The position numbers and the translations under genes are program-made. Of a stretch of DNA of 64,000 nt, positions 11,325 to 23,806 are shown in pieces. Positions within the stretch are counted from its first letter, which is position 1, and each line of letters begins with the position of its first letter. The stretch is taken from NCBI RefSeq assembly GCF_036365525.1, contig NC_090382.1:111448372-111512371 (forward strand), in the 5' to 3' direction. Below the pieces are notes generated by a model. That model was not told the DNA's origin. It saw nothing but the letters and a program-made list of their open reading frames with translations, and did no database searches. The stretch comes from Heterodontus francisci (Eukaryota).

Positions 11325-13769
11325 ATGCAAACGTTATCTTTCATAACTCTGCTATACGTCTGGGATTTTGTTTCTGCCCAGATTCGGTACTCGATTCCAG
11401 AAGAACTAGAAAACGGCGCTTTTGTTGGGCATATTGCTAACGATATTGGATTAGATGTAAGGGAACTGTCCAGGCGTAGATTCCGGATCATGTCAGCTGC
11501 AAAGAGGAGGTATTTTGAAGTGAATTTAAAAGATGGTATTTTGTTTGTTAACGACAAAATTGACAGGGAGCAGCTCTGCGGTCGAAGTCTTACGTGTTTA
11601 CAAAATCTCGAGATTGTCATCGAAAATCCATTAAAACTGTACCGTGCTGAGATTGAAATACAAGATATCAATGACAATTACCCCAGTTTTTCGCAGGATG
11701 AACTACGTTTGGAGATTCTTGAGTCAACTCCACCGGGAACTCGCTTTCCACTTCAGAGCGCGCATGATCCCGACGTGGGTACAAATTCTGTTCACACTTA
11801 CATCCTCAATCCGAATAACCATTTCACATTGGATGTTCGAAACAGCAGTGATGGAACAAAAAGTGTGTATTTGTTGCTTGAGAAAGTCTTGGATAGAGAA
11901 AAACAAGCCGTTCATCACTTATTTCTCAGTGCCTTAGATGGCGCGATTCCAAAGCGATCTGGTCGTGCCCAAATTATCATCACTGTCCTTGATGTCAATG
12001 ACAACGTGCCTGTATTTGATCAGTCGGTTTATTGGGTGAAAGTGATTGAAAATGTAGTGGACAATACGTTAGTTATTGATCTCAATGCTACTGATTTGGA
12101 TGAAGGTACTAATGCGGATATAATCTACTCTTTCAGCAGTAACACCCCAGACAGAATCCGGGAACTGTTTAGTGTCGAACCGTATACAGGAGAACTCATA
12201 GTTAAAGGAATGTTGGATTACGAAAAAGCCAACGTCTATGAGATTAATGTGGAAGCTAGGGATCGGGGTCCTACTTCTGTACCTGTATATTGTAAAGTTA
12301 TAGTGGAGATCGTGGACATGAATGACGTAAAACCTGAGATGACGTTGATGTCATTATCCAGTCCCGTAAATGAAAATGCGACAATCGGGACTATGGTAGC
12401 TCTAATTAGTGTAACGGATCCTGAATCTGGAGTAAACGGTAATACTAGTTGTCATATCGCCAATAACCTCCCATTCCAGCTGAAATCGTCTTTCAAGAAC
12501 ACTTACATGCTGGTCACAAATGGTTTATTGGACAGGGAAACTGTTTCTCAATACACAATTAACGTCAGTTGTTCGGACGCTGGATCCCCTCGTCTCTTTG
12601 CCAATAAAGTCATACTAGTGGAAGTCTCAGACATTAATGACAATGCGCCATGCTTCACGAAGGCATCATACACAGCTTACGTTACGGAAAACAATACACC
12701 CGGTGCATCCATCTGCTCCATGACAGCATTTGATTCAGACCTGGGTCAAAACTCTCACATTACTTACTCCATTAGGGAGAGTCAGATTCAAGGTCTGTCT
12801 GTCATGTCCTTTGTGTCTATTAATTCAGAAAATGGTCAAATATTTTCACAGCGCTCTTTTGACTATGAGCAATTTAAAAACTTTCAAATCCACGTTCAAG
12901 TTCGGGATGCTGGAATCCCACCCCTCAGCAGTAATGCTGTTGTGAATGTAGTAATCCTTGACCAAAATGACAACTCACCTGTAATTGTATCTTCCCTGAC
13001 AAATAATGGATCGCCGGTAATGATGCCTCGATCTGCGCATCCAGGCTACCTGGTTACCAAGGTGACTGCAGTCGATGCTGATTCTGGACAGAATGCGAGA
13101 CTGATGTACCAATTGATTCAAGCTTCTGATCGGAGTCTTTTCACTGTAGCACGCAATTCGGGAGAAATCAGAACCATACGACTCTTTGAAGACAGAGATT
13201 CCGCAACACAAGTGCTTGTAATCCTAGTGAAAGACAATGGACATCCCTCCCTGTCGACTACTGTCACAGCGACGTTGTCATTGATGGATAGGACTGCTGA
13301 AATGATTTCAGGCATGAGCAATATGCCCCAAAACATTGAGCATTCCTCGAATTTGGCCATGTATATGATAATAACACTAGGGACAGTCTCATTCATCCTT
13401 CTGTTGATCATAATTGTTCTCGTTACAACCATGTGCCACAATAGCAATGATCACGGTGACGAATGTTCTCTGATCACGTGTTGCTTTAGACGTGAGATTG
13501 CGAACAATATATTGAAGAAGTCTGATGCAAACATTCGGATGGCCTCCAGTGTTCAACCAACCGCAAATTTTGTGAAAGTTTGTGGTACTGGGTCTCTCTC
13601 TGAAACATACTGCTATAATGTTCGTCCAACAACTGAACCAGAGAACAGGAACTGTGTGTTCCTCACGCCTTCCAGTTCTGCAACGCGTAGAAGCTATACC
13701 AAGAACGCTGACATGCATTTCTCAGAGTGCAGTCAGCACGTGAAACAAAGCGCTAATGTTGCCAGTGAG
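11325..13769 (+). CDS. Clustered protocadherin variable exon B
   Basis: Signal peptide, QIRYSIPEE EC1 start, six cadherin repeats, TM, cytoplasmic segment; phase-0 donor GAG|GTGAGT (GT at 13770). Confidence 0.97.
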
Positions 13770-14253
13770 GTGAGTAAAATAAATGTCTCTGCACCCATAA
13801 TATGCCCATCTACGCGAAATGATAGGCTGATGGTTTTAAAATGCGGGAAATTACTTTGAGATTTGACATTTCATCTTAATACAGACGTTATCACCTTTAC
13901 TGTGACTAAATACAAAGGTGGACGAAGAAAACAGTTTGCCAGACTTTTAACAGCTCTGTTATACTGTGTTATTTAATACATTTTCAACTTACATCAGAGC
14001 TTCCAATATGTCTGTAATAGAACCTTTTGACGTGTTTATTTGATAGTCTTCACCAATAACCTACTTACCTGAGCAGAGAGGTCAATTAACCAGAAGGCAT
14101 AGATTTAAAGTAATTGGTAGAAGAGTTGAGAAAAAACTTTTTTTTTTACCTAGAGGGTGATGGGGGTCTGGAACTCATTGCCTGAAAGGTTGCAGAAGCA
14201 GAAACCCTTGTCACATTAAAAAATATCGATATACACTTGATGCGTGTAATCTC

Positions 14254-14581
14254 GGGCGGCACAGTGGCGCAGTGGTTAGCACCGCAGCCTCACAGCTCCA
14301 GTGACCCGGGTTCAATCCTGGATACTGCCTGTGTGGAGTTTGCAAGTTCTCCCTGTATCTGCGTGGGTTTCCTCCGGGTGCTCCGGTTTCCTCCCACATG
14401 CCAAAAACTTGCAGGTTAATAGATAAATTGACCATTATAAATTGCCCCTAGTATAGGTAGGTGGTGTGGGGATGTGATAGGAATATGGAATTAGTGTAGG
14501 GTTAGTATAAAATGGGTGGTTGATGGTCGGCACAGACTCGGTGGGCCGAAGGGCCTGTTTCAGTGCTGTATTACTAAACTA
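14254..14581 (+). mobile_element. Full-length tRNA-derived SINE (HE1/V-SINE-like) inserted in a CR1 3' fragment (~14070-14690)
   Basis: A/B-box head, CR1-like tail ending CTAAACTA; the flanks read as a continuous CR1 3' region. Confidence 0.88.
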
Positions 14582-14929
14582 TAGGGCTACTGGAACTGCA
14601 AAGTGGGATGAGACAGTTTAGTTCTTTTTCGGCGGGCACAGGCACGACAGGTGGAATGGCCTCTTTCTGCGCTAATAAGTGCTCCATGTTTCTATTTACT
14701 TGGATTAACAAACTATAACGAAACAAGGTCGATATGCCTTGTACAATTTAAGACTGAATTATTAAGTGTGTTATGAATTTTGCAGTGTGGTGGAACTAAG
14801 TGGGAAAACATTCATAGAATATGGGTGTATTTTGTTCTAGTTTTCTTCCTTTGTCTTCTGGAAAAGGTGATTAATTCTGTGTCGATTTCCATAGGTGTTC
14901 GTTCTCTCTACTGCCCGACTCAGTTCAGC

Positions 14930-15650
14930 AACATAGCTTCTATTTGCATAACACTTTAAAGTAGTTAAAAGTTTCAAGGCGTTTCACAGGGACGAAAATA
15001 CGCCAAATAAGGAGAGATTAGGACAGGGAACGAAACACTTGCTCACAGAGGAAGGTTTTCAGCAAAGTCTTAGAGGAGGAGACAGTTGGAGGCAAAAAAT
15101 GTTTTGGGGAGGGATTTCCAGAGATCATAGGAAGGCACAGCTCCCAATGCTGGGCGAAGGCAGTCGGAAATTCACAAGAGACCAGAGTTAAAGAAATGAG
15201 GAATACTCCGAGAGTTGTAGGGCTTCAGGAGGATACAGAGCGAGACCCCGGTACGACTGCATGGTGTTTTGTACATCAGAATTATATATTTAAAAAAAAC
15301 ACAAGACATTGGTCAATCGGGATCCAATGTAGTCCAGCGAGCACGGTTGTGATGAGTGAACAGGATTTGGTATGAGTTAGGATATGGCAAGCAGAATTAT
15401 GAATGAGCTCAGATTTATGGAGGTTTGAAGATGGGAGACATGTCCGGAGAAGATTGTTCGTTCTGGAGGCAACATGAGCGTGAATGAGGGTTTCAGCAGC
15501 AGATGGAATCAGGCAGGGGAGGAAACGGGCGATATTACAGAGATGGAAGTCGGCTGCCTTTGGGATGGAAGGGTCATGAGTCAAATGCTCAGCTCAGGTC
15601 AAATAGGACGCCCAGGTTCCAAACAGTCCAATTCAGCCTGGGGCAATTAT
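14930..15650 (-). mobile_element. L2 LINE 3' fragment
   Basis: ORF 15282-15584 HLCNIARFLPCL..SAAETLIHA..SR...HNSACHILT...ITTVLAGLHWIPI is the characteristic L2 C-terminus. Confidence 0.8.
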
Positions 15651-16080
15651 CATAAAGTGTTTGTTTTCTTTTAAACAAATGGAACATCTGACTGAACAAT
15701 AGCTTCAAAGTACGGCAGAATATTGCATTTATTATTTGTGTACATTCTAAAAATATTAAACTCTAAGAATATGAATGTTCTGCAACAAGGTCAAGACCAA
15801 CTTTCAGTTCTTATGCCAAGGTAGTTAATGTCCAATAAGTATAAACAAATATTAACTTTAAAATTGCGGTTAACAGCTCTGCTATTAAAATAATTGCACC
15901 CACTGATAGTGTCAGAGTCTGGATATCAGGACCGCTTATTTCATTACTCATTAATGTATCATAAGTATGAATAGAATGAATCTTGATAATAACGCAAAAT
16001 CGTGAAATGTACATCAGTTGTTGTTAGGAATATGACATGTCATTAATGGGCAGGACACATCCCCACTGCATTGAAAAAAT

Positions 16081-16168
16081 GGAATTTTGATTACATTTTT
16101 ACATTATTTTCAGGGTAAAGTAAGGGAATTTTGATTACATTTTTACATTATTTTCAGGGTAAAGTAAG
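16081..16168 (+). repeat. Exact 44-bp tandem duplication
   Basis: GGAATTTTGATTACATTTTTACATTATTTTCAGGGTAAAGTAAG twice (16081-16124, 16125-16168). Confidence 0.97.
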
Positions 16169-16299
16169 AGAAACATGAGCGCATATTCTGCACCCATTCT
16201 GACATCCATGCCTCAATGTTATAACTGTTACACGTGGTATTGTCTGCAATAGCCGTTTGTTGTTCAAGTTTGAGTTTCTCATCACCCTTTTTGGATGAG

Positions 16300-19200
16300 G
16301 CACAATTATAATTGAATCCTTTTTAGGCATTGATATTTAGCTCTAGGGAGGTTGCTGTTTAGAAAACCTGGTGCCTTCTATCTGTTTCCCAATTTTAAAT
16401 CCCAGTTATGTGTTGTCAAATTGGGTTGGATTGTCCCTCGCATCTTTTTGCAGTACTTTGGGAATTTTAATACCAACAGACATGTGGCTTTTGGTGAGTT
16501 TTGGGCGAAGTGGAAACTCGAATTGAACTCTTGAGCACTTGAAGGGATCGAATTTCACAGACATTTTTTCTTTTCCAAGGTTTGTAACAGAAACATTTCC
16601 ATTACTACATTTTTCTTGGCTTTTGCCAAATTTCGCTGCCTGCCAGGCCTTAACTCCTGCTTCCACAACAGCATGGATTTAATAGTTAGGTTTCGAGCAC
16701 ATTCATAATTCTTATCTTTAGGTTGTCAGCAGGTGGTGAACTGTTTTTAGCCCCTGTGAGTCATCTGGGTTTTCCTCCTGCCATTTGTCCATGGTGCGTT
16801 CTCAATCCAATTTGTTGGGTTTGGTTACCTTTGGATTTAGAACCAGACCATTTGATTCTTCAGTGGGCAAATTCACACTGGCCTCAGTTTTATTTTTCTT
16901 ATGGCTTTCACAAGTGCTGTTTACCTTAGGGCATATTACCTTCCCATTTCCCTTTACTTCGGGGAGGGTTTTCCCCAGTCTGCCACATGTTATCTGGGAC
17001 ACTATTGCTCACAACTGGCTATCCACCTTCCACTGCACTCCCGTGCAGTACTTCAGCTGGGTGAGGCATCTCCTTGACTATTGGTTTGCCTGTTCGGCAA
17101 CTTTCCTTGTCTCTATTTAAATCTTTAAAGAAGGTTTCTGCAAAGTATATATCTGGTGTATTCCCTTCAAACTTTGCTGAATTTATATTAGCATCGTTAC
17201 TTTCCTCTGGCTCTGCCTCCATCTCTTTAAATTCCATTGGCTTTCATTTAGCTTCTTTAATCTTCACTGGGCCTATTCACCCCCGATGGGATTTTGGGGA
17301 CTTCCTCAACCCTCAGCAGCTGCACAGAATTTTCCTTGTTCCCCTCAGATTCCCCAGTCTCTGTGGACGGTTCTGGGACCTTTGGAAACAATACTGCGCT
17401 TCCTGTTAAGTTATTGCCCAGCAATAGGTTGACCCTTGCATTGGTAAGCTCAGAATGAACCTAGCTGTCATTACCCCAGTGACCAACTTACTCTGCACTT
17501 TCTTTAACTGAGGGAATCTTCAAGCATTTGTCAGTAAGCCTTTATATCAATACTGTGGTGTTCATTCCGCTTTCGGGTGGCATCTCTGTAACCTTTGCTA
17601 CAAGTAGTGTTTGAAAACAAACGATTTCTCTGACGCAGATTATGCCTGGTCCCTGGGGTACAAAAAGAGTCATTTTTTACAAAAATTTCCTGTAGGTATT
17701 CTGGTCTTCTGCTACATTTGAGCACATGCTTATCACCTCCATAGCAACAGACACTGTCTTGACTGTATCTCCCCCTGTTGAGTTTTTAGAATACCAATAA
17801 TCTGCCTTGATATGCCCACGTTTTCCACACTGAAAACACAGAGGGCATACCCCTACCAGTTTCCCATCTTGGTTTCTTCTTTTAAAAGTTGGCAATTGAT
17901 CTGTTGTTCCTTCCCTACTCTTTCTTTCTTGACCCTATTTCTGCTTCATCTACATGCATCTTAACTCTCCCTAGTCTGTAAGAGTTACAAATTCATTGTC
18001 ATTGGCCATCACTGCAGCTTCTCTCACACTTGTAATTCTTTGCTCCTCAAGATGGGTTCTTATATTAACTGGGATATTATTTTTAAATTTTTCTAATAGA
18101 ATCACCTCTCTCAGATTTTCATAGGAGAGTTCTAGCTTGAGAGATGGGAACCAGTGATTGAAAGCCTTGTTTTTAATTCTTTAAAATTCAATATAGGTTT
18201 GGGTAGGTCTCTTCCTGGTGTTTCTGAATTTCTGTCGATGGGCTTCAGGTACTAACTCATAAGTATTTAGAATTGTCATTTTAGTCTGTTCATATTCGAG
18301 GAAGCTTTTTTCTGATAACAGGGAATAAACCTTATGGACTTTTCTTGTTAACTGACCATGCATCAGGAAGGCCCAAATTTATTCAGACTACTTTAACCTG
18401 TTTGCAAGCTTCTCAAATGACACAAAGAATGCTTCACCGTCCTCCTCACTAAACCTTAGTACCAATTGTGAGCAAATTAAGAGCTCAAAGCTCCATCCTT
18501 ATTTAGAGTCATTAGCCTTACTTGTGGTGTTTCCATTGGGTACAGCTGACCTTTCCCTACCGAGTTCAAGCTGCCTTAACTCCCTTTCCTGTTTGCCCTT
18601 TCAAAGGATCTCTCTCTCTCTCTCCCGCCACCCACACTGCCCCCCACACCGTGCCCCTCCCCCCACTCCCCGGAATTCCCAGTGTTGGAATTCTAACTCT
18701 AGCAGGTGAATTTTCGCCCATGTAGCCTGGTCTGTTTCAGGTTCCATGCCTGTTTCTTCTGGTTCAGGGACAAAATTAAAATGGCTCACCAAATTCTTCA
18801 CTATTTCAGGTTTCTTTGGGGGTTTTTTGGTTGAAAGTGACTCCCACTTGGACAGCTAAAGTTTTCAAATACAATACCTAATTTATGTAACTTATCATGG
18901 GATATGTCTGCCTATACTACAATATCTTCAGCATTAAATGTGGCCACATCTTTTGTTTCTAGCACTGTAGAGAAGAAAATAATGATATCAGAAAGAATGT
19001 TTGTTCAATTTTTTCCACATTTTTAGAGGTGGATTTTGCTCCCTTTTCCAAATCTCTCAATGAATCTGATTACTCAAAATCTCAGCTTCGAGCCCCCAAT
19101 TTGTTATGTACAGGTGGTAAGGGTTGTGGGTGGTTCCCACTGTTCACCTCCCAACATACCAAAGTAGTGTTATGTTTAAAATGGTGTTAGCCCCTGATTT

Positions 19201-20095
19201 TTTTTAGGATCAAATAAACAGAAAATCACGGTTTTACTCATAGTTTAAACAAAATATAACTATTTTGCACGATTCCCAAAATGATCACAACCTCGCCCAT
19301 GCATGCATGCACTCACACACACACAAGAATAGATAGATATACAGAAAAAAAGAGTAAGTTGTAATTAAAGTGAGACAAGTGGTCATGGTTTATGGTAAAT
19401 CTGCTGAAACTCAGGAGGGCGATCTTTGTTAAAGGTGCAGGCCTGGGTGTTTGTAGTCTTGAACTTGTTGAGGTGTTGCAGATTTCTGGTGGCTAAGACT
19501 TCAGAGGTGGTAGTTACTTTCAGTTCTCTGCTGCAGCAAGTTAAAGTGTAGAGTTAGCAGCAGGGCATCTTTCTTGTTTTTTTGTTGGATCTCTTTTCAC
19601 AGCATCTCCCTGGACTGCTTTCTATGATGATGTTGTGATTTGTCCCCTTTCTCCAGAGGGCTACCTTTTAAGGTAAAAATCCAACACATTAGCATTTTTG
19701 TTGTTTAACACAAGACCTTTTCCACTGGTGTGACCACACAATGGATCAGGATATGGAATCCATGATTATCTATTAATGTCTGGATAGGTACAATTTCATT
19801 TTACTGTGTCTACTTCACACCTTTTTTTCTCTCAGAAGAACACATTCAATTCAGGATTGTGTCTTGATGGCTGCAGTATGCGTGTAGTTAACACGTCTTA
19901 GTCTGGAATGTATCTTGTTTTATCCTTTCAAGACAGTGAGGCAGTTTTCACACAGACCAGATCATCTGACTTTCAGCGGTCATCTTTGCAGCACATTGTC
20001 CACTTTTTAAAATTAAATGTCAATTTCAACGTGTCCATATTGAATAAAGTTCATATATTAAAAGTTAGGAATATATGACTTTACTGGGCATGACA
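16300..20095 (-). mobile_element. Degenerate Gmr1-like Gypsy LTR retrotransposon (5' LTR ~19102-20095, PBS-Pro, SCAN-like gag, zinc knuckle)
   Basis: Minus-strand TG...CA segment 20095-19102 followed by TGGGGGCTCG (tRNA-Pro PBS, 19089-19098). Gag YELVPEAHRQKFR (18181-18363); knuckle CFQCGKRGHIKADY (~17800-17840). Left boundary uncertain; no RT or 3' LTR recognised. Confidence 0.75.
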
Positions 20096-20929
20096 CAGCA
20101 AGCAACCTAATAATGATTCATATTAAATATTTCGTGTTTGCAAATAGAATTTAATAAAGGTAAGTAAACTGCAAATACAAAACTACGGAGGATATTGTAC
20201 AAGTGTCAATTGCATTTCATTGTAGACAACTGGCAGTCATGAGAAGGATAGCACCTTATCAGCCTGTACTGTGTTCATCTGCCTTGTATCGCATCTGACT
20301 ATGGCGTCAATCTATCGCCTTCTTTGCCAAAGCTTCCATCACATTTAGTATCAAACCATCTATTTCTTGTAAACCACCATTGGTCTCTACTACAAATAAC
20401 GGTTTTCTTTGTTTATTCAAAAGTGCTTTGAGATGCCCTGTGACAGGCACTATATAAATGCTAGTTCGTTCTTTCTTTTACCAGAACTCTGTTGTTCAAT
20501 TAGTGTCTGTGTGTGCTTCATTAACATCAGTTCCCTAACTCCCCTGAACATCAAGCTATGAAAATTTGGAAGCTGCTCTCGCAAGTATTTTTGAAAGGCA
20601 TCCTCTTGTCCATCATGGCAAGTCTCTGGATAGTAGTTTAGGCAGAAAGGGTGCTTTGGGACCAAATAATATCATTGTTTTGGGAAGTGTATCACGGTTT
20701 TATCACTATTTTTCCAGAAGTTATGGAGGGCAGGTCCTATTTCACAACATTTGTCTGTAATTAATTATTGAACGTGTACAAACTGCTAGGCTTACAATTC
20801 CCAAGCTACCCAAATTCGGAGGCAGAACAACAGCAAGGAAGGCAGCAAAGACCTGAGCACTTTTCAAGAGGTCAAAGTAAACAAGAATGCAGGTATTATT
20901 ACAGCATTTGGATATTCGGGAACAGGAAT

Positions 20930-21680
20930 CAAAGCTCAACCTTACAGAGCAGTCTATCAGGCAGCTTATTTCAACAAAGAGTTAGTCACGTGCCTATGCC
21001 ATATTTGCACTAGGCCTTGCACTGCACTGCCAGTAGCAGTGAAGGTCGTGTGGTTCTAAGTAATTATGCTCTGGCTCTTTGCAAACTACTTCTACTGTCA
21101 TCAACAGCATCAGTCATTTTGCTGTCCACACAGCCATCTAGCAGGTCACTGAAGCACGGTTTGCAAGGCATTAATAGTTCTCCATGTAGATTGACAAGTA
21201 GTGAGTAAGAGCACAGGTATTTGATCACATTGCTGGATTCCCCTAGGTGTAGGGCATCATTACTGCATGCATGCACTCCCACATAACGAACCAGGTCTAT
21301 TTCTCAACAGGAAGGTCCTCCACTCCTTCAATGCTCAGCTTGTTTTTGACCTTAAGCAGCGAGTCACGAAGTCCGTTTTCCTAACAGGATTCCTAACATG
21401 TTCATATTGTGACAATCCTGAATAAGCCTACACCTAGAGAAATCAGGCTGTAGGATGGCTACTGGAGTACACCAGCCGGTAATGATTCCTGGCAGGAAAC
21501 CTGGCACAGATCTGGAGTGCAAATATAATGAGAGTCATGCAACATAAAGGGTCTGATTAAGCAGACCATTGGCGTACTGAAATAATGGTCTGCTGGCTGG
21601 ACAGCTTGGGAAGGATCTTCTGTATGACCAAAAGGAGTACCACAGTTTATTATCATTTGCTGCATACGCCACAATCTTGG
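20930..21680 (+). pseudogene. PIF/Harbinger (HARBI1-like) DDE transposase remnant
   Basis: Frameshifted + strand motifs TALPVAVKV, FDHIAGFP, LNRKVLHSFNAQLVFD, GWLL, KYNESHA, IKQTIGVLK, FIIICCIRHNL. A second C-terminal fragment (ICCMLHNF) lies at ~22710-22815. Confidence 0.8.
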
Positions 21681-21749
21681 TAAAGTGAAGTTGCCTCAGA
21701 ACTAAGAGGTTGAGAAAGAAAATTAATTAGGTTTCTAGAACAATATGTC

Positions 21750-23775
21750 AAGCAACCATCTAGAGAGCATGTTATTTTAGATCTAGCATTGTGTAATGAG
21801 ACAAGAATTATTCGAAATATTACAGTAAAGGATCACTTGGGAAGCGTAATCATACTGTGATAGAATGTTATAATAAGTTTGAGAGTGATATGGTTAAATT
21901 TGAAACCAGAGTCTTAAATTTAAACAAAGCCAATTATAGCGGTATGAGGGGCGAGTTTTCTGAGATAGATTGGAATATTAGCTGAAATAGTGAATAAGGA
22001 AATGAAAGAGACATTAAACACATGTTTTATGTCTGTTTTCACAGTAGAAGATATAGATAACAGACCAAAATTTATGGGGAACCAATGGTACAATGAAATT
22101 GAAAAACTCAAAGCAATTAATATTAGCAAAGTAAAGCACTTGAAACATTAATGGGACTAATTGTCAAAAATGCACTGAATCTGATGGCCGTCACCCTAAG
22201 GATTTAAAAATCAGGTTACACAGATAGTAGGCACATTGGTTTTGACCTACTCCTGCTTCTAATTCGGACGTTCCAGAATGTCATGGATTCCAGAATGGTC
22301 TCAGTGGAACGTTGCAAAGGCAACCAATAAAGGCGGGAAACAGAAAATGGAGAACTGCAGGCCAGTAAGATGGACATTGGTAGTACGTGCCAACAGGGAA
22401 CTTGGAAAATTACAGTATGATCTGGTGAAGCCAACACGGTTTTATGAAAGAAAAATTGTGTTTGACAAATCTATTAGAGTTTCTGAGGGTGTAATTAGCA
22501 GGTCCTATAAGGGGTAACCAGTGCATATAGTATATTTTGATTTTCGGGAGACACTTGATAAGATGCCACATAAGTGCTTGTTACACAAGATTAGGAATCA
22601 TGAGATTACAGGTAATTATATTACCATGCATCGAGGATTGGTTAGTGTACAGAAAACAGGGTGAGAATAAATAGATCTTTTTCAAGATAGCAGGTTGCAG
22701 CGAATGGAATTCCATAAGGATCTGGACAGGTTGGGAGGGTTCAGTATAGCTAAAGTAAAAGCAAGTAGCATGATTTATTACCATATGCTGCATGCTCCAC
22801 AACTTTGACATACAAAGAGTAGTTGTCTCAGCTAGTTATAATCTATCTGTATGACGTAAATGAGGGGAACGAGTGTAATGTATCCAAGTTTGCTGATGAT
22901 GTGCAGCTAGGTGGGAAATTAAGCAGTGAAGAGCATGCAAAGAGGCTGCTGAGTGATATAGGCTGGTTGCATACTTAGTCAAGAAGCTAGCAGATGGAAG
23001 GATGAATTTATCCCCTTTGGTAGGAAGAATGAAAAAGCAAGATTTTTTTTAAAGACGAGACAAGAGACTAGTAAATATTGGTATTCAGAGGGGTTTGGGT
23101 GTCCCTGTACATGAATCACTGAAAGTTAACATGCAAGCAATTAGGAAGGCAATGTTATTTTATCCTTTATTGCCAAGACATTCGCGTACAAGAATAAGGA
23201 CATTGTGCAGGAATACTGTGTACAGTCTGACCCCCTTACCTACGGAAGAATATACTTGCTTCAAAAGAGGGTGGTGCTGTGCAACGAAGATTCACTAGAT
23301 TGATTTCTGAGATGAGGGGTTTGTCCTATGAGGAGAAATTGAGCAGAATGGAACTATATTCTCTGCAGTTTAGAAGAATGAGAGGTGATCTCATGTAACA
23401 TATATAATTATTAGAGGGCTTGACAGGGTAGATGCTGAGAGTCAGTTTCTCCTGGCAGAAGAATCTAGATCCAGGCATCATAAGTTCAGGATACGGTTTT
23501 GGCCATTTTGGACTGAGATGAGGAGAAATTCCTTCACTCAGAGGGTTGTGATTTGTTGGAATCCTCTGGCTCAGAGAGCTGTGGATATTCAATCCATGAG
23601 TGCATTCAAGACTGAGATCGGTATATTTTGGGGTATTAAGAGAATTAAAGAATATGGGAATAGAGTGGAAAGTGGAGTTAATACAGAAGTTCAAACACAA
23701 TCATATTGAATGGTGGAGCAGGCTTCATGGAGTACGTGGACCACTCCTGTTCCAATTTCTTATGTGTTTATCTTC
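21750..23775 (+). mobile_element. Highly degenerate CR1 LINE
   Basis: SKFADD codons at ~22883-22900; CR1-type 3' region (CWNPL, FKTEI) and tail near 23750. Confidence 0.7.
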
Positions 23776-23806
23776 TTATGATGAGCTGCTGAGCAGTGCA
23801 GAAGTA

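Noticed and set aside
20742-20939. Minus-strand LPPNLGSLG resembling an RNA-virus L polymerase motif (endogenous viral element)
   Set aside because: No GDN or other polymerase motifs nearby; the adjacent + strand is explained by a Harbinger transposase remnant.
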